A stretch of DNA of 64,000 bases. Source: Minisyncoccota bacterium (GTDB lineage: Bacteria; Patescibacteriota; Minisyncoccia; UBA6257; GWB1-50-10). The DNA is taken from positions 22,163-86,162 of the forward strand of contig JAGVBU010000008.1 of assembly GCA_020059585.1 (NCBI GenBank), in the 5' to 3' direction. Both the position numbers and the translations under genes were made by a program. This document shows, piece by piece, positions 18,436 to 27,116 of the stretch. A model generated the notes under the pieces. It was not told the DNA's origin and did no database searches. It saw only the letters and a list, made by a program, of their open reading frames with translations. How positions within the stretch are numbered: the first letter of the stretch is position 1; the number at the start of each line of letters is the position of its first letter.

Positions 18436-19482
18436 ATGGCATTCAAAAAGAAACAAAAAGAAGATAAAAAGGAGCAGCATTCCGTCGGAGACATCACTTC
18501 GCTTATGGAATCGCTTCAATCAAGATTTGGAGAAGGCTCTGTAATGACGCTCGGGAGCCAACTCCACACAAAGGTAGAAACCGTTCCCTCCGGATCATTC
18601 TCTCTTGATATTGCGCTAGGAGGAGGATTTCCAAAAGGGAGAGTCATAGAAATTTTCGGTCCTGAGAGTTCCGGAAAGACGACGCTTGCCCTTCATGCAA
18701 TCGCGGAAGTTCAAAAAAAAGGGGGGAGGGCCGCTTTTATTGACGCGGAACACGCGCTCGATCCTGAATATGCCGCGAAGATAGGGGTAAAAGTTAAAGA
18801 TCTCATTATTTCACAACCAGACAATGGAGAGGAGGCTTTAAACATTCTCGAAAGCGTCGTTCGATCAGGAATTATTAGTATCGTCGTCGTAGATTCTGTT
18901 GCCGCACTCACACCTCGCGCTGAAATAGAAGGAGAGATGGGAGCGTCTCATGTTGGACTCCAAGCTCGTCTTCTTTCGCAAGCACTTCGTAAGCTCACCG
19001 CGATCGCCGCAAAAACAGGGACAATTATCATATTCATCAATCAGCTCCGCATGAAGATTGGAATTATGTTCGGGAATCCGGAAACCACTCCGGGAGGCAT
19101 GGCACTTAAGTTTTACGCATCAGTGCGAGTAGACGTGCGCCGTATCGCGCAGGTGAAAAAAGGAGAAGACGTTATAGGAAACCGCACGAAAGCAAAGGTG
19201 GTAAAAAATAAGGTTGCTCCTCCGTTTAAAATTGCTGAATTTGATATTATGTACGGGGAAGGAATTTCGTATGAAGCTGACGTTCTTACTACGGCACTCA
19301 AATATGGCGTCGTGACGAAAGCAGGCGCAAGTTTCTCGTTTGACACGGAAAAGCTCGGTGTCGGCTTTGATAATGTAAGAATAAAGCTTAAAGAAGAAAA
19401 GAAGCTTCTTGAATCCATAAAAAAGAAAACAAAAGAAATGTCTGAGAAAAAGATAGTAGTAGGGGAAATAGAGGAAAAATAA
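18436..19482 (+). CDS. recA: Recombinase RecA
   Basis: [49 protein letters not shown]; start placed at ATG 18436. Confidence 0.98.
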   Translation: MAFKKKQKEDKKEQHSVGDITSLMESLQSRFGEGSVMTLGSQLHTKVETVPSGSFSLDIALGGGFPKGRVIEIFGPESSGKTTLALHAIAEVQKKGGRAAFIDAEHALDPEYAAKIGVKVKDLIISQPDNGEEALNILESVVRSGIISIVVVDSVAALTPRAEIEGEMGASHVGLQARLLSQALRKLTAIAAKTGTIIIFINQLRMKIGIMFGNPETTPGGMALKFYASVRVDVRRIAQVKKGEDVIGNRTKAKVVKNKVAPPFKIAEFDIMYGEGISYEADVLTTALKYGVVTKAGASFSFDTEKLGVGFDNVRIKLKEEKKLLESIKKKTKEMSEKKIVVGEIEEK

Positions 19483-19527
19483 AAAATCCCCCGCCAAAAC
19501 TTTTAAATATTGGCGGGGGATTTTTTT
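19481..19527. terminator. Bidirectional terminator between recA and folD
   Basis: aaaaaatcccccgccaa ... ttggcgggggattttttt. Confidence 0.85.
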
Positions 19528-19529
19528 AA

Positions 19530-20342
19530 TTAATTTTTTTCTTGAGATGACGTTACAAAGAAATTTTCCATAAGTTTCATTACGAGAATAGGCCCCGTTC
19601 CACCCGGAGTGGGGGTATATGATATCGAAGATTCTTCTGGAAGCGATTCCGCGTCGAAATCTCCGCACAGCTCCCCGTCTTCCTTTCCATATCCGAAATC
19701 AATTATGTACGCATCCTTCTTTACCATATCAGGGCGTATAAGCTTCGGAATTCCCGTTCCTAATATCACGATATCCACGTGACGCAACACTTCAAAATCG
19801 TCTCCTTTTTTAAGGATAATAAGTTTCTTGCATTTTTCCTTAAGCCATAAGGAAACAGGAGTACCTATGAGCCTTCCCGTCCCCACTACCGCGACAATTT
19901 TTTCTTTCATCGGAAGGTGTCTCGTTATTTCAAAGACCACTCCCGCGGGCGGTGGAATAATGAAACTCATCCCATCACGAAAATCTGCGCGGGCGTTCGT
20001 ACTTAGCACGTCAACATCTTTCTCTTTGGGAATCGAATCGAGTATGTATTGAGTATCATACGCGCAAGGAAGGGGAAGTTGCACAAGCGCGCCACCGCAC
20101 GCATCTTCTCCCACAATATCCTGTATTTTTTTCCTCAATTGATCACTTGTTGTCGCATTTTCAGAAAAATTATATCTGCGGAAATCAATACCAAGTTCTC
20201 GGGCGACTTTCTCTTTCTGGTGTATAAAACTTTTCGACGCCGCGTCATCTCCCACAGAAAACACAGCGAGAAATTTATCCGTATGCTCTTTCCGGAGACG
20301 CGCGGCAATGTGTTCCGCGATGCTTTTTCCATCGACAATCAT
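19530..20342 (-). CDS. folD: Bifunctional methylenetetrahydrofolate dehydrogenase/cyclohydrolase
   Basis: MIVDGKSIA, LVQLPLP, EKDVD, IIDFG, YTPTPGGTGP. Confidence 0.9.
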   Translation of the reverse strand: MIVDGKSIAEHIAARLRKEHTDKFLAVFSVGDDAASKSFIHQKEKVARELGIDFRRYNFSENATTSDQLRKKIQDIVGEDACGGALVQLPLPCAYDTQYILDSIPKEKDVDVLSTNARADFRDGMSFIIPPPAGVVFEITRHLPMKEKIVAVVGTGRLIGTPVSLWLKEKCKKLIILKKGDDFEVLRHVDIVILGTGIPKLIRPDMVKKDAYIIDFGYGKEDGELCGDFDAESLPEESSISYTPTPGGTGPILVMKLMENFFVTSSQEKN

Positions 20343-20381
20343 ATGAACCAATCATACAGTTGTCTTTTCGTTTCTTCAAAT

Positions 20382-20405
20382 AAAAACCCCGCAGGAAATG
20401 CGGGG
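20382..20405 (-). terminator. Intrinsic terminator ending the ligase cluster
   Basis: Minus strand ccccgca-tttcc-tgcgggg-ttttt. Confidence 0.75.
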
Positions 20406-20416
20406 AATGTATTTTG

Positions 20417-21751
20417 CTATCGTATCATATGCGCGGACACTAATGCGTTCCACATCGTTTCTCTTGATGGATTTTTTTCTCCATCGAGAATCGTCGCGAG
20501 AATTTCCGACGGTGAATTCTTCTTATATCTCATAACGAACTCATTGAGCCTCTCGCTTGTATCAATTCCCATAACGCGAAGTCCATATATCGCTCGAGTT
20601 ATCTCCATTTCCAAAGCTTCTTTAATAGAGACGCGCTCCAATAATCCGCCGTTATTTATCCATACAAGAGCATGCGTTCCATAAAGAAGTGCGCTCAGCC
20701 TATTTTCCTTCACGAGTTCAAATGGAAGCAATACCTCTCTCGTATGTGCCGCATAAAGAAGTCTGCCGACGAACGCAAGCGCGAACGATATCTCATCATC
20801 GGGAAACGGCTGCGTGGGAAGCATTCTAAATTCCACCACCGCGTCATTTCCTATTATCTTTAACCGCGTATCAAGCCAATGGAGTCCTATTCCTATGCGC
20901 AACGCCATCTCGGGAGCATACAGAATGAATGGATACCTTGATACACGCGAAAAATAATCTTCAATTCCCAAAAAATATCTCTCCGGAAGCCCTATGCGCG
21001 TTTTCATTCCCCGTATTACGTCGCGTACCGTTCGTGTGTCGTGGCTCGATTCCCACGAGAGAATGCGTATATCGTTTATACCGGTATCAGTACACTCAAG
21101 ATACCGGGAATTTCCGCCGATTCCCATAAGATACGGTCCGATCATAAATGCGTAATTCATAAGCATGACTGCGTCATTAAGAGATGAGGATCCCACATTC
21201 ACCTGAAATGACTGGAAGAGGGATACTATTGACGCGTCTCCTATATTCACCCGCGTTCCGCGTATTCCCATATGAATATCCGTATATTCTCTCCGGTGAA
21301 CATTCTGGAAATCAGGAACTTGCACGTATTTCTCCTTTTTCGTTCTTGGAGTTCCATGAATGCGCACAAACGGGTTTGTCCCGCACCTTAACGTTGAAAA
21401 CCCATGTTTCCTCGCAATGCGTTCGGCGGTATCGGTGATGCTTCGATATTTCTTTTCAAGAGATTCAAGTCCTTCTTGAGAAAAAATCCCTATCGGCGGC
21501 GTGCGGAGTTCAAGCTGAAACGCTCCGAGTTCAACATCCGCGCCCTCACCTCCGACCTCCGCCACTATCGCATCACGCACCGCTACCGTATCGGATTCCG
21601 TACTTTTAAGGTTAAAAACGCCTATTTCAGATTCAAGACCAATCTTCATGTCTTCGGGCCGGCGAACAAAAAGTTGCTTTTGAGAAATGATTCTCTTGGC
21701 TTCCTTATTGAATGCGCTACGCATTTCCCTTTCTTTTTTGCGATTATTCAT
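20417..21751 (-). CDS. Glutamate-cysteine ligase (GCS2/carboxylate-amine ligase) fold protein 1
   Basis: IGLESEI, QLELRT, SFQVNV, WLDTRLK, VVEFRML; ATG overlaps the upstream stop (TGATG) after an agaggtg SD. Confidence 0.75.
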   Translation of the reverse strand: MNNRKKEREMRSAFNKEAKRIISQKQLFVRRPEDMKIGLESEIGVFNLKSTESDTVAVRDAIVAEVGGEGADVELGAFQLELRTPPIGIFSQEGLESLEKKYRSITDTAERIARKHGFSTLRCGTNPFVRIHGTPRTKKEKYVQVPDFQNVHRREYTDIHMGIRGTRVNIGDASIVSLFQSFQVNVGSSSLNDAVMLMNYAFMIGPYLMGIGGNSRYLECTDTGINDIRILSWESSHDTRTVRDVIRGMKTRIGLPERYFLGIEDYFSRVSRYPFILYAPEMALRIGIGLHWLDTRLKIIGNDAVVEFRMLPTQPFPDDEISFALAFVGRLLYAAHTREVLLPFELVKENRLSALLYGTHALVWINNGGLLERVSIKEALEMEITRAIYGLRVMGIDTSERLNEFVMRYKKNSPSEILATILDGEKNPSRETMWNALVSAHMIR

Positions 21752-22509
21752 CACACACCTCTGGTTATTTGTGTAAGAAATTCCGCCCAATATATTATTT
21801 CATCTTCGTGCGGCGTTATTCCGAACATCCTGCATTCCACTGTTCCGTGCACACTAATACGCACAAAATGGTAACAGCGTTTCGGATCGTCGGCGAATCC
21901 TTCTCTTAAGGCGGTTTCGAGGAAGTGTTCCGTATTTTCATATGTCGGAGGTTCCCATTTTTCCGCCATTTCCTTATAAAGCGCTATTCGTTCTCCGGAA
22001 GAATGGTCTCCCATGCGGATAAGTTCTTCCATATGTTCCACACACGCGTTATGAGTGGATATCGCGTCTTTAACGGAACCCACTCCGATATGTATATGTA
22101 TTCCCGCGACACGGCACGCGGAACGCAGACGATCAGTGCTGATAGCACGGGAGATATTTTCATATCGTTCCGTGGGAAACACGTCAAGCGGCATATCATA
22201 TGAAGCAACTTCTTCGCACACTAGTTTAGTTCCTATTTTTTCCGCGACAAGGATTCCACTATTCGTATTCCGAATAAGATCATATTTCAACTCAAGAAGA
22301 TTATCTCGCGGATCTGTTCTGTCCTCTACCTGACACGCGGAAAGCTCATACGTCCAGCGCGGATCTTTTATCTCCGAAAGAAACCTCTTTGCCTGAGGAA
22401 CATATATTCCCTCGGTATTTTTTAAGAACCGTTCGCGTTCAACTCCAACATAGTTTCTCATCGCGCCCGAAAATGAGAAATGAGAAAGGAATTTTTCCAT
22501 TGTATTCAT
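21751..22509 (-). CDS. Glutamate-cysteine ligase (YbdK-like) fold protein 2, short
   Basis: VGVERERFL, YELSACQVEDRT, GIHIHIG, HFVRIS, TVECRMF. Confidence 0.78.
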   Translation of the reverse strand: MNTMEKFLSHFSFSGAMRNYVGVERERFLKNTEGIYVPQAKRFLSEIKDPRWTYELSACQVEDRTDPRDNLLELKYDLIRNTNSGILVAEKIGTKLVCEEVASYDMPLDVFPTERYENISRAISTDRLRSACRVAGIHIHIGVGSVKDAISTHNACVEHMEELIRMGDHSSGERIALYKEMAEKWEPPTYENTEHFLETALREGFADDPKRCYHFVRISVHGTVECRMFGITPHEDEIIYWAEFLTQITRGV

Positions 22510-22553
22510 TGTGTCTTCTCCATTATTTAGTTTTTAAATTACGCGGAAGAAAC

Positions 22554-22581
22554 AAAAAACCTCTTCCGAGGAAGAGGTTTT
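22554..22581 (-). terminator. Attenuator-type terminator upstream of ligase 2
   Basis: Minus strand aaaacctcttcc-tc-ggaagagg-ttttttgtttc, inside the cluster. Confidence 0.8.
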
Positions 22582-22602
22582 AAAAAGACGAATGAGTTTG
22601 CG

Positions 22603-22671
22603 TTAAAACACCTTCCCCGAGCGAGGTTTGTTCGTAAACCAATATGAGAAAGCGTGTATTGACTGTTGCAT
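22603..22671 (-). CDS. Putative leader peptide MQQSIHAFSYWFTNKPRSGKVF (22 aa)
   Basis: ATG 1 nt after the amidotransferase stop; its 3' end (ggggaaggtgttttaa) is complementary to the 5' arm of the downstream terminator. Confidence 0.55.
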   Translation of the reverse strand: MQQSIHAFSYWFTNKPRSGKVF

Positions 22672-22672
22672 A

Positions 22673-23470
22673 TTACTTTTTCAGTGTACCTCGGCGCCGT
22701 GGAGTTTGTAAAGACCCATTCCATTGGCGCATGAAATTTCTTACTATTTTTCTTCCTACCGCATCCGTCGATCGTATTGAGGAAAGAAAATTCCCAACCC
22801 CCCTCCTTCCCCCGAATCCCTCCTCTTCAAGAGCTTTCATGCGCATACGTCCGATCGCGCGGATGTGAGAAACCCTCATTTCGGGATGAAATTGTAGAAG
22901 TCGAATACACTCACCGATTCCAATCGCCTCAATACGCGTCTTTTCGGAACTTCCGAGAAGCATCCATCCGGGGAGCATTTCTTTCACCATATAGCGATGG
23001 CTTTCCATCGACACAAACGAACTCTTCACTCCGCAGAAAAGATAATCGTCTATTCCTTTTTTTGTGAGAGTAATACGCGTATTTCCGAAATCGCGTCCGT
23101 TTTTATTCTCCACGATATCCCCATTGAGAGCCCGCACCGTAAATTGAAGTCCGCCGCATATTCCGAGAATTGGAATATTTTCTTTTTTTAATTTTCTTAT
23201 AAATGCGTAGGTTTTTTTCATCCATACGCTTTCGGATCCGCGAACAGGATTCTCAACAGACCCTCCGATGAATACCATGCGAATACGCGCCGTATCCGGA
23301 AATCTCCCTCGCGAGGCGTCAATCTCAAAAAAATCATTCTTCGAAATACCCGAAAAACGCCGCACGCTCTCTCCATAGGAAATTCCCCTATATACGGTAG
23401 TAGCGGTGCGTTCTTTTATTTTTTTATCTCCCGAAAGAATATCCAGAAATAATATTTTCTTCATTTGTTT
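22673..23470 (-). CDS. Class I glutamine amidotransferase / gamma-glutamyl hydrolase-like protein
   Basis: FIGGS, nucleophile elbow ILGICGGLQ, ESH, LQFHPE; start uncertain (MKQMKK). Confidence 0.85.
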   Translation of the reverse strand, partial: KQMKKILFLDILSGDKKIKERTATTVYRGISYGESVRRFSGISKNDFFEIDASRGRFPDTARIRMVFIGGSVENPVRGSESVWMKKTYAFIRKLKKENIPILGICGGLQFTVRALNGDIVENKNGRDFGNTRITLTKKGIDDYLFCGVKSSFVSMESHRYMVKEMLPGWMLLGSSEKTRIEAIGIGECIRLLQFHPEMRVSHIRAIGRMRMKALEEEGFGGRRGVGNFLSSIRSTDAVGRKIVRNFMRQWNGSLQTPRRRGTLKK

Positions 23471-23521
23471 CATGTTGATTGTACAATATATCACCCGGGA
23501 GAAGAATCTCCCGGGATATTT

Positions 23522-24445
23522 TTATATGAGGGGACTGAGTATCCTTCGCACAAAAGAAAACTGGTCTTTTATCGAAGAATCTTTCTTTCTCGCGCACGGA
23601 CGTATCTCGACACAGAGCTTTTCTCCGTAGCGCTTCAATCTGAAATGCCACCATACGGATCGTATGAAAAGAGGGATATTGAAAGAGGACGTTTCCTCGT
23701 GCGATATAAGCGTATTTCCGACTACGATAGCATGCTCCGCGAGGCGCGCGCAGTAATCCTCAATGCCGCCGAATAAAAGGGGTCCTCCATACCGATCGCT
23801 GCGATATCCTGCGCGCGATGAAGATATGTATCTTTTCCATAGCGCGTCCTGAGGATAATCCGAGAGGAACGCTTCAACATTCTCTCCAAGCGTATTCAGA
23901 ACATATATTGCATCCTCTGGACGCACATCAACAGTAAACTGGACTGATGAGGTCCGCGCGAGAAGGTTCAGCGCTTCCGGTCCGTCGAGCGCGAGCCATG
24001 CCGCGTCGCGTTCATCCGGCACTACAAGAAGATTCTCATCTGAATCGATGATCGGTCCGAAAAAAGGATACGCACCGCAGGCATTCGCGTTTTCTTCGAG
24101 AATCCACAATCCGCGTTGAGCTTCATCCACCGCGACATTCTTGTGTTTCGGAGAAAAACTGAGCTCTATATTATGCCTTCCAAGCTCATAAAGCATCCTA
24201 TCATTCCTCCATAAAGAAGTGAGTTCGGTGATCATCTTGTTTCTTTTCGCGGTGACAACCCACTCTCCATATCGCGTATCAGAATGAAATAGGTGAAATA
24301 TTTTCTTCGCGGTATCAATTGATATCGGAAAACCGGAACGATCGACAAACTGCGTTTCCACCTCGATCCCTATCATGGTACCGGTTGTGTATGCGCCTAT
24401 CCCCTCGGTAAAATAGCGTACCAACCGTGCTACTGTGTTTTTCAT
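23522..24445 (-). CDS. Glutamate-cysteine ligase (EgtA/plant GshA-like) fold protein 3
   Basis: IGIEVETQF, YELGRHNIELS, SSVQFTV, WHFRLK, CVEIRP. Confidence 0.72.
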   Translation of the reverse strand: MKNTVARLVRYFTEGIGAYTTGTMIGIEVETQFVDRSGFPISIDTAKKIFHLFHSDTRYGEWVVTAKRNKMITELTSLWRNDRMLYELGRHNIELSFSPKHKNVAVDEAQRGLWILEENANACGAYPFFGPIIDSDENLLVVPDERDAAWLALDGPEALNLLARTSSVQFTVDVRPEDAIYVLNTLGENVEAFLSDYPQDALWKRYISSSRAGYRSDRYGGPLLFGGIEDYCARLAEHAIVVGNTLISHEETSSFNIPLFIRSVWWHFRLKRYGEKLCVEIRPCARKKDSSIKDQFSFVRRILSPLI

Positions 24446-24485
24446 GACATACCTCTATTTATTTATAAATGTTCTTTTCCCTCCG

Positions 24486-24519
24486 AAAACAAAAATCCCT
24501 CCGAAGGGAGGGTTGGTTT
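24486..24519 (-). terminator. Attenuator-type terminator upstream of ligase 3
   Basis: Minus strand aaaccaa-ccctcc-cttc-ggaggg-atttttgtttt. Confidence 0.75.
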
Positions 24520-24550
24520 CGTTCCTAATGATAAAACGTCCGAGGTGCGT

Positions 24551-24625
24551 CTACGTGCACAAAACCAATCCTCCCCAAAGAGAGATATCAGTATGGTTAC
24601 GATATGTCGCACAAAGCATGCTCAT
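24551..24625 (-). CDS. Putative leader peptide MSMLCATYRNHTDISLWGGLVLCT (24 aa)
   Basis: Short ORF between glyA and the terminator; internal gggaggattggttt pairs 13/14 with aaaccaaccctccc in the terminator 5' arm. Confidence 0.55.
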   Translation of the reverse strand: MSMLCATYRNHTDISLWGGLVLCT

Positions 24626-24649
24626 GTGTATAATATGCCATAAATTCCC

Positions 24650-25867
24650 TTATCGAGCAATAGGGAATTTTTTTGCGAGTATTTTTATCATTTTTTTTGT
24701 TTCCGCGACATTTTTCTTCAAAAGAATTGCGTGTATATATCCCGCAATATACCGCATCTCTCTCATCCCCATTCCTCGGGTAGTCATCGCGGGCGTTCCA
24801 ATTCTGATTCCCGAAGGATCTCCCGGCGTACGCGCATCAAACGGTATCATATTTTTATTGAGAATGATTCCCGCCTTTTCAAGCTCCCTGCTTGCGACCC
24901 CTCCTGAAATTCCTCTATGCGCCACATCAACGAGAAAAAGATGCGTATCGGTCCCATTTGAAACAATTCTCCACCCAAGGCGTTCTAATTCGTTCGCGAG
25001 CGCCTTCGCATTCTCAATGACGCGTGATGCGTATTTTCTGAACGCGGGCGTTCCTGCTTCGTGTAACGCAACCGCAATCGCGGCAACCTGATTCATATGA
25101 GGTCCCCCCTGTATTCCCGGAAACACAGCTTTATTGATTGCGGGGGAATAATTTTTCTTCGAAAAAATCATTGCCGCGCGAGGACCACGCAGTGTTTTGT
25201 GCGTAGTTGTTGTCACTACGTCCGCATAGGGGAACGGAGAAGGATACATCTTTCCCGCAACAAGCCCCGCGAAATGAGACATATCCACAAAAAGAATTGA
25301 TCCCGCCTCATCCGCAATCGTTCTCATTCTCTTAAAGTCTATCTTCCGTGCGTATGCGCTGCCTCCCGCGATGATACATTTAGGACGCGCGACAAGCGCG
25401 ATGTGCAGAAGTTCTCCATAATCAATTTCTTCGCGCAATCTATCAACGCCGTATGGAACCTGCTCCCATATTTTTCCGGTGACACTTGCCTTATGTCCGT
25501 GAGTCAGATGTCCTCCCATCGCAAGAGACATTGCCATTATCTTCTCTCCGCGGGGAATAAGCGCATGAAGCACCGCAAGATTTGCGGGAGATCCGGAATA
25601 GGGCTGCACGTTCACATCCCATTCTCCCGAAGAAACAGAAAACAGCTTCCGCGCTCTTTGTATTGCGAGTTTTTCAAGCGCATCAATCACACCGTTCCCC
25701 GCGTAATAACGCTCCGCAGGATATCCTTCCGCGTATTTATCGAGAAAAACGCTCCCAAGGGCTTCCCGTACGTCCTTGGACGCATAATTTTCCGACGCGA
25801 TAAGATTAATAGAATCGTCACGCCTTTGCGTTTCTTCGCGAATAAGTTTTCTTACTTCTTTATCCAT
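24650..25867 (-). CDS. glyA: Serine hydroxymethyltransferase
   Basis: LIASENY, KYAEGYP..RYY, NVQPYSGSPAN, GGHLTHG, TTTTHKTLRGPR, SGIRIGTPA. Confidence 0.98.
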   Translation of the reverse strand: MDKEVRKLIREETQRRDDSINLIASENYASKDVREALGSVFLDKYAEGYPAERYYAGNGVIDALEKLAIQRARKLFSVSSGEWDVNVQPYSGSPANLAVLHALIPRGEKIMAMSLAMGGHLTHGHKASVTGKIWEQVPYGVDRLREEIDYGELLHIALVARPKCIIAGGSAYARKIDFKRMRTIADEAGSILFVDMSHFAGLVAGKMYPSPFPYADVVTTTTHKTLRGPRAAMIFSKKNYSPAINKAVFPGIQGGPHMNQVAAIAVALHEAGTPAFRKYASRVIENAKALANELERLGWRIVSNGTDTHLFLVDVAHRGISGGVASRELEKAGIILNKNMIPFDARTPGDPSGIRIGTPAMTTRGMGMREMRYIAGYIHAILLKKNVAETKKMIKILAKKFPIAR

Positions 25868-25905
25868 TATATGCGATGATTATTTTCTTCAATGTACTCC
25901 AAAAT

Positions 25906-25932
25906 AAAAAAAACCGCCACTATATATGGCGG
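25906..25932 (-). terminator. Intrinsic terminator after the small ORF
   Basis: Minus strand ccgcca-tatatag-tggcgg-tttttttt. Confidence 0.75.
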
Positions 25933-25947
25933 GGGAATAACAATTTT

Positions 25948-26046
25948 TCAGAAAAAGACAGGCATATAGGCGAGGATAAGCCCCAATGCAAGAAAAAACA
26001 CAACCACGATCACCAACACTCTGTTCTTTTTTGGGTTAAGAAACAT
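25948..26046 (-). CDS. 32-aa single-pass membrane protein MFLNPKKNRVLVIVVVFFLALGLILAYMPVFF
   Basis: Read by hand (below the ORF-track cutoff); basic N-terminus plus one hydrophobic helix, followed by a terminator. Confidence 0.55.
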   Translation of the reverse strand: MFLNPKKNRVLVIVVVFFLALGLILAYMPVFF

Positions 26047-26124
26047 AACAACGTATTTTTATGGACACAAAAAACCTTTTCCTTATAGTATCATATTTCA
26101 ATACGTTTTTCCCTTTAAAACCAT

Positions 26125-26694
26125 CTACCACAAGCTCGCTTGGGGATTTGGCTCCTCCTCCTTGTAAGGAAGGAGCACTCTTGCCATTTCCGGAGAATTA
26201 CGCTGGGGAATCCATAAATATCCTCTCTCTCTGATAAGATCGAAAATATCCTTTGTTATTTTTACATCCTGCGTACAGTATTCTTTCAATTTATCCATCT
26301 CACCGTTCCGATACCAATCAATTGCATCAAGTCCGTGTCCCGTTTTTTTTGCGTTTACATTCGCCTCTCCGAGGAGATCAAGGCTTATGCGCCTCCCCCA
26401 CGCGTTCTCTATTTCCTCAAGAATATCATAATGGGGGATCGCGGCGAGATTGAATTTGAAATATTTATTCAATACAGGTACATCAAATCTCTTACTCGAA
26501 AATCCAACAAGAAGATGCGCGCGCTGAAGTATGTCGCCTAATGCGCTAAATTCATGTTCCTCAAAGCAGGTATACGCATCTTTCTCATATGAATAAATGC
26601 ACACCACCGATACATCGAGTTTGTCGATGTTTCTGTCTCCGCCTACATCCGCGAATGTATTTTTCGTTTCTATGTCAAATACTATTGTGTCCAT
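26125..26694 (-). CDS. Ribonuclease H-like (DEDD/YprB-like) 3'-5' exonuclease domain protein
   Basis: VFDIET, FDVPVL, SLD, EYCTQDVKIT. Confidence 0.85.
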   Translation of the reverse strand: MDTIVFDIETKNTFADVGGDRNIDKLDVSVVCIYSYEKDAYTCFEEHEFSALGDILQRAHLLVGFSSKRFDVPVLNKYFKFNLAAIPHYDILEEIENAWGRRISLDLLGEANVNAKKTGHGLDAIDWYRNGEMDKLKEYCTQDVKITKDIFDLIRERGYLWIPQRNSPEMARVLLPYKEEEPNPQASLW

Positions 26695-26760
26695 ATTCCA
26701 ATTTATTAAAGGTATGACGTCCACGTACTCATGTCAATAAATCACGATGGTTATAATAAT

Positions 26761-26796
26761 AAAATCCCGCCGAGAATATTCCGGCGGGTATCTTTT
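26761..26796. terminator. Intrinsic terminator
   Basis: aaaatcccgccg-agaatattc-cggcggg-tatcttttt. Confidence 0.6.
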
Positions 26797-27017
26797 TAGA
26801 AAAGAAAGTTCTTTTTTTTATCGAAAAAAATCTTCTTTGCTTCGTCTTCATCCCGCGCAACCCCTTCGCGTATGAGGATTCCGTATATACCTCGTTCCAT
26901 AATACATTCCATCGCGTCGTCGAACGAATTGAAAAACGGTTTTCTTTTCATCACGAGGAGGTGATTAAGAAGGAGCAAAAAATTTTTTTCTCCAATTTCT
27001 TCTATTATCTTCTTCAC
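26796..27017 (-). CDS. Small hypothetical protein
   Basis: 73-aa ORF filling an intergenic gap in the same orientation as its neighbours, followed by a hairpin. Confidence 0.45.
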   Translation of the reverse strand: MKKIIEEIGEKNFLLLLNHLLVMKRKPFFNSFDDAMECIMERGIYGILIREGVARDEDEAKKIFFDKKKNFLF

Positions 27018-27116
27018 GCTATACTCTCTTATTTATTTCAAAAAACTTTGTTTAGGAAACCATATTTAACACTCGTTGTCAAACAGCTAGGAAAATACTC
27101 ACAGACTCTTGGATGA

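Noticed and set aside
24435-25091. 218-aa plus-strand ORF over the leader and glyA
   Set aside because: Antisense to glyA with no recognisable motifs; a shadow ORF.
25876-26088. 70-aa plus-strand ORF
   Set aside because: Overlaps a terminator and the better-supported minus-strand 32-aa ORF; composition not protein-like.
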